DNA of 64,000 nt, from positions 1-64,000 of IMG/VR virus record IMGVR_UViG_3300027278_000006. The stretch is one strand, 5' to 3'. Under the pieces are notes generated by a model. The model worked only from the letters and a program-made list of their open reading frames with translations, searched no databases and was not told the DNA's origin. Made by a program: the position numbers and the translations under genes. The DNA is from an uncultured virus (IMG/VR IMGVR_UViG_3300027278_000006) (lineage: Duplodnaviria; Heunggongvirae; Uroviricota; Caudoviricetes). Position 1 is the first letter of the stretch, and each line of letters opens with the position of its first letter. Of this stretch, positions 57,336-64,000 are shown one piece after another.

Positions 57336-57770
57336 TTATAGGTACTCTTTTCTGCTGTGGTGTTCTGGAACAATCTTACCTAGTCGAATGGTAAGTAGTC
57401 CGTCCTCAAAGGTGACTTCTCGGACTTCGGTGTCGTCTGATAGTGTCCATGCTCTTTTGAAACTTCGTTGAGCCAGACCCTTGTGGACAAACGTCCTATC
57501 CGATTCAGTATCTGATTTTTGCCCTTCGACAAAAAGTTTTCCATACTCTGTGAAGACATTTACTTCTCCTCTCTTAAATCCTGCAAGTGCAATCTCTAAA
57601 TGAGACTCTACATTATTTACCTGAATTAGATTGTAGGGTGGATAGTTATTTGTAGTTTCGTGAAGATTGAATAGACGATCAAAATATTCGTCCATTCCAA
57701 TACTATTGCGAGTAATCCTATCCATTAGAGCAGGAAGATCCGCAGCAGTATATCTCGTAAGATTAGTCAT
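57336..57770 (-). CDS. hsp20: Small heat-shock protein
   Basis: NYPPYN, LEIALAGF, HKGLAQRSF, FEDGLL. Confidence 0.95.
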   Translation of the reverse strand: MTNLTRYTAADLPALMDRITRNSIGMDEYFDRLFNLHETTNNYPPYNLIQVNNVESHLEIALAGFKRGEVNVFTEYGKLFVEGQKSDTESDRTFVHKGLAQRSFKRAWTLSDDTEVREVTFEDGLLTIRLGKIVPEHHSRKEYL

Positions 57771-57879
57771 TATGGTAGCTCCTTTTTAAAGCGAGTTTGT
57801 GTTTTGTGGACCCCGAAGGCGTCCTTACTATTATATATGAGTTCATAATAAAAAAGGGAGTGTTGAACTCCCTACTTTA

Positions 57880-58320
57880 TTATTCGGTTTCTTCAACCTT
57901 TTTCTTCTTAGAACCAATATTATACTTAGTCTCTAGAATCCAGTCACCTTTTTCCTTATGCGGGAGAACTTTAATTTGATTTAGAGGGGCAATATCCTGA
58001 ACCTTGCTCACATCAACTACTTCAACCAATCCCCAATCAGCAATTAACTGAACGATACGATTACGACGCTGAATATCATTTACAGTTAAGTTTGCGTGTT
58101 TGCCATCCAGAGCAAAAAGTTCTTTAAAGTGTGTAATAAAATAACGACCTTGCTTATGAAGAATGTGACAACTCTGATAAAGTTTCTTCTCTTTTCTTGA
58201 GGCAACTCCAATACGAGTCAAAGTTTCACGAACTTTTAAGAAATCATCTGGTTCATTCAGAATGACTTCTATCATCATATCAGGCGACCATTGTACAGTG
58301 GGTTCTTGAACGACACTCAT
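57880..58320 (-). CDS. regA: Translational repressor
   Basis: DDFLKVRETLTRIG..LYQSCHILHKQG. Confidence 0.95.
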   Translation of the reverse strand: MSVVQEPTVQWSPDMMIEVILNEPDDFLKVRETLTRIGVASRKEKKLYQSCHILHKQGRYFITHFKELFALDGKHANLTVNDIQRRNRIVQLIADWGLVEVVDVSKVQDIAPLNQIKVLPHKEKGDWILETKYNIGSKKKKVEETE

Positions 58321-58703
58321 TTTGTTCCTCCAGTTTCAAATTTCGATTTAATAAATGTTAGTTGTTCTTTTGTTAGAATCCTCAAAGCCTGCTGTGCCTT
58401 TTCATTACTATAACCATAATAACGCTTGACAATATCAAGATCTTTGATTTTATCTTTACGAATCCAAGGAGAATATCTCCTCTTAACTCTCAGAATATTT
58501 ATAAGAAAGTCATATTGCATTTTTTTAGGAAGAAAATGATACTGATTCAATTCATTAACAAACATAATACAATCAATTTCTCCGGAAAGACACCGATTGA
58601 TAATATATGGTGCATACCCCTTCTCAGTTGAAGGGTCTTCGTCAATCAGGTTCTTCTTTGTTTGATTGATCGAGTTCAACCAGTCCTTCAATTCAGTCAC
58701 CAA
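58317..58703 (-). CDS. Clamp loader small subunit (T4 gp62-like)
   Basis: YIINRCLS..QYDFL..YYGYSNEKA. Confidence 0.88.
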   Translation of the reverse strand: MVTELKDWLNSINQTKKNLIDEDPSTEKGYAPYIINRCLSGEIDCIMFVNELNQYHFLPKKMQYDFLINILRVKRRYSPWIRKDKIKDLDIVKRYYGYSNEKAQQALRILTKEQLTFIKSKFETGGTK

Positions 58704-59604
58704 TCAATCCCTCACTTTTTAATCTATTGTAATTATAACATCCATCAAAATTAAATTGGATTTTGGGAGTTTTTGTGTAATTAAATAATAGCAGTTCTTT
58801 ACGTTGTTTTTGATCTCTCATATATTCACCTACTGAACGCATCGTATAAGTTAAATCAAACTCAGCGGCAGTCCAGTTCGTAAATCTATCTTTTACAAGT
58901 TGATCTGAATTATAACTCACTAATTGATCCATATTATTAGAATCGCAATCAGCAGCAAACTTATCGTGATCAAATCCTTTGTGCATTGATCCCTTACGCC
59001 CATAGAGATTATCCTTAATGTCATAAGGAGGATCGAGATACATAAAAGCACCTTTGTTTCCATCCATTAGATAATCATAGGAATAATTAGTTATACGCCA
59101 ATTTGCAATCAGTTTAGAATACTCCGAAAGTTTTTCAATACCTCTCAGTGAAAAATTGCTATTCGATGCTTGTGGAGAAAAAGAAGAACTTTCGGTAAGA
59201 CCACTAAAGGAGCACTTATTGACGATATAAAATCTGACTGCTCGCTCAAAATCTCCAGTCTTAGGATCATTTAGGATAGTTTTAGAGATGTCAAACAACC
59301 CCCTTGCAGAATCAGGATCAGGGCAGGCACTCTTAAAATGTAAGAGATGGTCCTTAAGTTCCGTTCCAAACATCTGGAGTTGCTGCCAGAAGATTACAAG
59401 CGGAGAATAAAGGTCATTCACCCAAATCTTGAGGTCTGGATATTTTTTAGTAATATGAATTGCCACAGAACCACCGCCAAGAAATGGTTCTCGGAACTCA
59501 TCATAATTACGAAGATCTGGGAAATAAGGGTCCATCTTGGTACAAGCACGGGACTTGCCGCCAGGATACCGCAAAGGGGTTTTAAGAGATTTCTGTGTTT
59601 TCAT
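58693..59604 (-). CDS. dam: D12-class N6-adenine DNA methyltransferase
   Basis: LRYPGGKS, EPFLGGGS, YLDPPY. Confidence 0.88.
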   Translation of the reverse strand: MKTQKSLKTPLRYPGGKSRACTKMDPYFPDLRNYDEFREPFLGGGSVAIHITKKYPDLKIWVNDLYSPLVIFWQQLQMFGTELKDHLLHFKSACPDPDSARGLFDISKTILNDPKTGDFERAVRFYIVNKCSFSGLTESSSFSPQASNSNFSLRGIEKLSEYSKLIANWRITNYSYDYLMDGNKGAFMYLDPPYDIKDNLYGRKGSMHKGFDHDKFAADCDSNNMDQLVSYNSDQLVKDRFTNWTAAEFDLTYTMRSVGEYMRDQKQRKELLLFNYTKTPKIQFNFDGCYNYNRLKSEGLIGD

Positions 59605-59812
59605 AATCAGATTTGTGATACTTCAAGTATTCCCAAAAGGTAAGTTTCATTTCTTTATGCGTCATACCACAGTGCTTTGCTGCAGCAGGAAGAGTCATTT
59701 TAGCACGAAAGAGTGCTTCATTTGCCTCTTTCACATTCTCTGGAGTTGTTTTAACAGGTTCTTCTTTAAGATTCTTATATGAGATTTTATACTGGTTCAC
59801 TTGAAATTGCAC
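59582..59812 (-). CDS. Small HTH-like hypothetical protein
   Basis: LPAAAKHCGMT..EMK. Confidence 0.6.
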   Translation of the reverse strand: MQFQVNQYKISYKNLKEEPVKTTPENVKEANEALFRAKMTLPAAAKHCGMTHKEMKLTFWEYLKYHKSDYENTEIS

Positions 59813-60744
59813 TCCACCATTATTTCAGTCAAGCAAGCAAGAAGATTTATCTCTTGGTCCGCAACAAATGCCGATTGATATTGATACTTTGCCACAACTA
59901 ATACTGCGGCAGCAATAGAAGGTCCATCAAGAACATCGTACAAGGAGTCATAGATACGACGCAAAATGATATTGGTGTCATTATCCAAATTGGAAACAAC
60001 CCACTTACGAACTTCGGAAAAGTTCTTTTCTTTCAGATACTTGTTTAGTTCATTTACGGAGATGTCCGAAAAGGATGCCAAAATACCCGAATCAATTTCA
60101 CCACTAACAGAATATCTTTGACATTCGTTGGTGACCCGTCTGAAGTCTGGGAAGTGTTTGTTTATTAGTTCCGCAAGGACCTTCGGATCATATCTGACGC
60201 TCTCCTTATCCAGGATGTTTTGTAGACGCTTGAAGAAGGATCCTGCCAACTTAGTCTTTTCTTTTCCTTTGATTGTGAAGTCAATGACGGCACATCGGGA
60301 GTGAAGAGGTTCAATGATTTTGTTTTTGTAGTTGCAGGTGAAGATGAATCGACAATTACCAGCAAATTCCTCAATAAACGCCCGTAAGAGGAGTTGAACA
60401 TCGTTACTTGTGTTATCTGCCTCATCAATAAGGACGACTTTGTGTTTAGCATCTGACGAAAGTGAGACGGTCGAAGCGAAGTTTTTCGCATTGTTTCGGA
60501 CAGTATCGAGGAATCTACCTTCGTCGGATCCATTGATGACATAACAATCTACCCCCAATTCATTACATAGTGCCTTTGCCACAGTGGTTTTTCCCACACC
60601 AGCAGGACCACAAAGAAGCAAGTTAGGCAGTTCGCCACTATTTAGAAAATCTTGAAACGACTTTTTAGTCTGTTCGGGAAGAATACATTCTTCAATTGTT
60701 TTTGGGCGGTATCGTTCGCACCATAAGAAATCACTCATAATCAA
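59797..60744 (-). CDS. Clamp loader ATPase subunit (T4 gp44-like)
   Basis: ERYRP, GPAGVGKTT, IDEAD, SRC. Confidence 0.95.
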   Translation of the reverse strand: MIMSDFLWCERYRPKTIEECILPEQTKKSFQDFLNSGELPNLLLCGPAGVGKTTVAKALCNELGVDCYVINGSDEGRFLDTVRNNAKNFASTVSLSSDAKHKVVLIDEADNTSNDVQLLLRAFIEEFAGNCRFIFTCNYKNKIIEPLHSRCAVIDFTIKGKEKTKLAGSFFKRLQNILDKESVRYDPKVLAELINKHFPDFRRVTNECQRYSVSGEIDSGILASFSDISVNELNKYLKEKNFSEVRKWVVSNLDNDTNIILRRIYDSLYDVLDGPSIAAAVLVVAKYQYQSAFVADQEINLLACLTEIMVECNFK

Positions 60745-61257
60745 TCAAATCCATTCAGGTTTTCTTTGTGGCATACGAAGATAATTAGATGCAACCCAAG
60801 GTTTGGATGCAATATACATCTTGTAAGCAGTAAAAGTGTCAATGCTTGTGTCAAATTTATATTCATCGGGCATAGCACGGGCAAATGGTGTTACATTAGT
60901 AATCTTCCCCTTAGGAAACAAATAGTAGGCATCTACAAGAGTATTGTAGCACGAATGGGTCTTACCATACCGCAACGTATATTCATCACACAGATTCATA
61001 CCCCACTTAATTAGCCAGTAGGCATTATCAATAGTCTTTGCTGCCCATTGAGTACAGGGATGATTACGGAAAGCACCTTTCTCCGTTGCATATGGAGTTC
61101 CATCTTTTTTAGGAAGAGTTCCATAATCGTGTCCCCACTTTGTTGATGCTACAATAGAGAGCATTTGACAGCATTCAAGCGGCATTTTAACTATGTGTTT
61201 GTCCGGAAGACAAATTGCAGACTCTGCCGGAAATTCAGAAGTAACAAAAATATTCAT
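60745..61257 (-). CDS. Pyrimidine-dimer glycosylase/endonuclease V-like protein
   Basis: MNIF..DKHIVKMPLE..QML, NHPCTQW, EYTLRYGKTH. Confidence 0.7.
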   Translation of the reverse strand: MNIFVTSEFPAESAICLPDKHIVKMPLECCQMLSIVASTKWGHDYGTLPKKDGTPYATEKGAFRNHPCTQWAAKTIDNAYWLIKWGMNLCDEYTLRYGKTHSCYNTLVDAYYLFPKGKITNVTPFARAMPDEYKFDTSIDTFTAYKMYIASKPWVASNYLRMPQRKPEWI

Positions 61258-61661
61258 CAGAAACAATATTTCTTAAGATGGTAAAGAACTTCTTCTGGTT
61301 TATCTTCTAGATAATATGCCTCTGTTTCATAAATGGCATATGAACCAGTTGCCTTTACTGACCGCATAACATCATTTAGTTTATACTGGTTCAGAGAAGC
61401 AGATATTCCCAGTTTACCACCCTTACACGCCTGTGCAACGTGAACTGCTTCGTGATACACAGTTTCATTTACATAATGCTTTACTGGACTAATTGTGTTT
61501 TTGATATTATCTAAACAAATTATAAAGTCGGGAGACTTTAGAAGTCCAAATAACTGCTTGTCTCTACAGACTGGAGCATTTTCTCTAACATTATAATTCT
61601 TTAGCATAATTTTGCTAATTATTTCCTGACCAGCAGGAGTCAAATAGAGTAGAAATTCCAT
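61257..61661 (-). CDS. HExxH zincin-like hypothetical protein (start MEFLLY at 61661)
   Basis: TVYHEAVHVAQAC..ETEAY. Confidence 0.7.
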   Translation of the reverse strand: MEFLLYLTPAGQEIISKIMLKNYNVRENAPVCRDKQLFGLLKSPDFIICLDNIKNTISPVKHYVNETVYHEAVHVAQACKGGKLGISASLNQYKLNDVMRSVKATGSYAIYETEAYYLEDKPEEVLYHLKKYCF

Positions 61662-61677
61662 AATAAAGAAGAAAGAA

Positions 61678-62367
61678 TCAATTAAAAGTGCTGTCTGGTT
61701 CCAGAGCAATCCAGTAAGAAAGATTGTGCTTCGTGTTGGTAAATTGTGACAGAAGTTTCCGTGACACAACCACATTATAGGCACCAGAAACAATCTTACT
61801 GATGTTCTCAACCTTGAAGTTGAAAGTAAATTGTTCGTCAGTTTCACCCACAACGATAGAGTATTCGTTAGAAGTATCATTCTTCTTATCACGAACCACC
61901 AGACGAATCACACCGGCATCACCAATTGCCGAAATATCAGGCAACTGATAAACTCCTGCTGCTTTCACCAGTTTCTCCAGAGAACCAGTTTCCAACTGAA
62001 AACACACATCTTCGGAAGGAAGTTTGATTTCTTTTTCTGGAGGAGAAATGATTACGTTAGGGTCGGCATAGAAATACTTGACCCTACGCTTACCTTCACG
62101 AATGGTAATATAAGAATCTTCGGTAAAATCAAGGTCTGGGTCCTGATGAAGACTCAAACCATTCAGGAACTGATTCAGGTCATAAACCGCAAATTCACGA
62201 GGGAAATCTTCGGTAATTTCTGCCTCTGCCAAAATGTTCTTGGCAATAGAAATTGTGCGAAGTTTATTACCCTGCTTTACGAGAATAGACTGATTGATAC
62301 CGGCAAAGTTCTTGAGAAGAGTCAGAGTATTGTCAGAGAGTTTCATAGTGTTTTCTTTCAGTTTCAT
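61678..62367 (-). CDS. Sliding clamp (T4 gp45-like)
   Basis: LKNFAGINQSI, YDLNQFL, YWIALE. Confidence 0.93.
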   Translation of the reverse strand: MKLKENTMKLSDNTLTLLKNFAGINQSILVKQGNKLRTISIAKNILAEAEITEDFPREFAVYDLNQFLNGLSLHQDPDLDFTEDSYITIREGKRRVKYFYADPNVIISPPEKEIKLPSEDVCFQLETGSLEKLVKAAGVYQLPDISAIGDAGVIRLVVRDKKNDTSNEYSIVVGETDEQFTFNFKVENISKIVSGAYNVVVSRKLLSQFTNTKHNLSYWIALEPDSTFN

Positions 62368-62372
62368 AATAA

Positions 62373-62816
62373 TCAGCGATTGAATTCGGAGAGTCCATTA
62401 TCTTTACGAGTATAATGCCCGTCAAAGTGGAGAAGTAGCATAGCATAGTGAATGACTTTCATCAAGTCACGCTTATTGCGACCATCCTTGTCCCCATAAC
62501 GAGAACCATACTTCAGGATGTTTGCCTGACAGAAACCTGCTGCCAGTTTTTTTGCTGCCATCAGGTCAATAGTCTGAATATCGGCATAACCATCACTATC
62601 ACCACAGTAATGACCGTGATAGGTAGTAGTCACATATTCTTCAACATCTTTAAGGATTTTATCTTCGTTGTATTTCCAAAGATGATTTGTTTTATCAGTC
62701 ATAGTAACAGGAGTTTTTGTAACATTAAGTATGCCAGTCTCACCATTCATAGTGAGATTGAATTTATTGATAAGATTTTGTTCGTCTTCAGGTCCAAACA
62801 TAAGGGGAGAAGTCAT
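62373..62816 (-). CDS. DUF3310-like protein
   Basis: TY..HY, IQTID, FCQANILKY..RYGDKDG..DLMKVIHY. Confidence 0.65.
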   Translation of the reverse strand: MTSPLMFGPEDEQNLINKFNLTMNGETGILNVTKTPVTMTDKTNHLWKYNEDKILKDVEEYVTTTYHGHYCGDSDGYADIQTIDLMAAKKLAAGFCQANILKYGSRYGDKDGRNKRDLMKVIHYAMLLLHFDGHYTRKDNGLSEFNR

Positions 62817-62837
62817 AATTAACCTCCCCCAATTATA

Positions 62838-63983
62838 TCAGAAGGGAAGGTTAATGTCAATCTCCCTACCACCCTCAATAGTCAGTTCAAGAGTTTCGGA
62901 AGGCATTACAAAATCGGCATCAATCTTATCGTACAGTTCCAAGAAGGCAGTTTTGGTTTCATCATCAAAACGATTGATACAAACCTGAATTGCTTTTGCC
63001 TTATCACCAAAGATGCTGTAGGCACGGACGATATGAACCAGTCGGCGGGTAGAGATAATTTCTTCAATACCACCATCATAGAATGTCTTACGGATTACGT
63101 CACCCCAATCTGCCAACCGCTTACAAAAATCATCAATCTCGGTAAGACCCAGAGATGCTGCGATTCCCTGAAGGATGCGAATCTCAGTAGCAGCAGCAGG
63201 ATATGGTTGCTCAAAGGTCACGCAGAACCGCTCTAGGAACGCTTCGTTGAGCACGTTGGTGCCGATGAACCTACCGTCCTCAGAACCCTTTCCCTTGGTG
63301 TTTGCGGTGGCAATCACGTTGAATCCGGGAGCAGGTTTGACGAACCGTCCGATTTTTTTCAGGAACACACCCTTACCTTCAAGAATGGATTGAAGGCACA
63401 GGATTTTATTGGAAGCAAGGTCAACCTCATCCAGAAGCAATACGGCACCACGCTCAAGTGCCTCAATCACAGGACCGTTGTGCCAAGCAGTTTCACCATT
63501 CACGAGACGGAAACCACCAATCAAATCATCCTCATCGGTTTCAATAGTGATATTCACACGGATAAGTTCCCGCTTTAGTTGAGCACACGCTTGCTCCACA
63601 CTGAACGTTTTACCATTACCCGAAAGACCCGTAATGAACGTAGGATAAAAAAGACGGGACTGAAGAATTTTTTTAACATCAGCAAAACTACCAAACTTGA
63701 CGAAGGTATCATCTTTATCGGGAATAAGGTTTTGCTGATGCTCAGGAAGAACCGCAACATTTTGGAAAGAACGCTCAATCTCTTCTACACGCTCTTGAGT
63801 CACTTCAAGGTTCCATTTGCCACGGGAAGTTTTGTATTGTGAGAGTTTATTGCTTACGGTTTGATAGTTGAGCGAACGAGAGGCACAGAAACCCTTGAGG
63901 TCGCCAGAAGTAATTTCAGTACCATAAAGTTCTTTGATTGCTTCAATCAGTTGGGCGTCATTCACGGCAGTTTTGCGAGGCAT
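62838..63983 (-). CDS. cobS: CobS/MoxR-like AAA+ ATPase
   Basis: GLSGNGKT, LLLDEVD, TANTKGKG, AFLERF, ISTRRL. Confidence 0.88.
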   Translation of the reverse strand: MPRKTAVNDAQLIEAIKELYGTEITSGDLKGFCASRSLNYQTVSNKLSQYKTSRGKWNLEVTQERVEEIERSFQNVAVLPEHQQNLIPDKDDTFVKFGSFADVKKILQSRLFYPTFITGLSGNGKTFSVEQACAQLKRELIRVNITIETDEDDLIGGFRLVNGETAWHNGPVIEALERGAVLLLDEVDLASNKILCLQSILEGKGVFLKKIGRFVKPAPGFNVIATANTKGKGSEDGRFIGTNVLNEAFLERFCVTFEQPYPAAATEIRILQGIAASLGLTEIDDFCKRLADWGDVIRKTFYDGGIEEIISTRRLVHIVRAYSIFGDKAKAIQVCINRFDDETKTAFLELYDKIDADFVMPSETLELTIEGGREIDINLPF

Positions 63984-64000
63984 AATCTAGTTAGGTGGTT

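Noticed and set aside
61662..61892. Long N-terminus of the 211-aa ORF
   Set aside because: Overlaps the sliding clamp gene in another frame
62838..63983. cobS as evidence of cobalamin synthesis
   Set aside because: Generic MoxR-like AAA+ common in T4-like cyanophages; no other cob genes in the window

Overview
This is a 64-kb segment of a T4-like cyanomyovirus (Kyanoviridae-type; gene content suggests a freshwater lineage), almost entirely coded on the minus strand. In order it holds: (i) repeat-rich virion/fibre genes (1-4.9 kb); (ii) a photosynthesis module with a psbA split by three group I introns, an intron-encoded HNH gene, a downstream EndoVII/F-CphI-like endonuclease, a PhotoRC-II-like leader and two hli genes (7.7-11.8 kb); (iii) an AT-rich 16-gene glycosyl-/methyltransferase island (11.9-24.3 kb) preceded by tandem pseudoknot RNA modules; (iv) a tRNA array interleaved with dps, Pho-box-preceded pstS, a cyanobacterial porin, an HNH gene and structured ncRNA candidates (25-30.5 kb); (v) cell-wall hydrolases and late low-complexity, probably capsid-internal proteins (31-39.6 kb); (vi) the T4 replication core from nrdB/nrdA to a CobS-like ATPase (39.8-64 kb). 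The most notable observations are two nested phycobiliprotein-like domains in a virion-type protein, the triple-intron psbA (splices to a clean 359-aa D1), an 8/4-type tRNA-Ser, a kissing-loop ncRNA in the tRNA array and a duplicated 21-aa membrane microprotein. All calls are by eye; no database searches were run.
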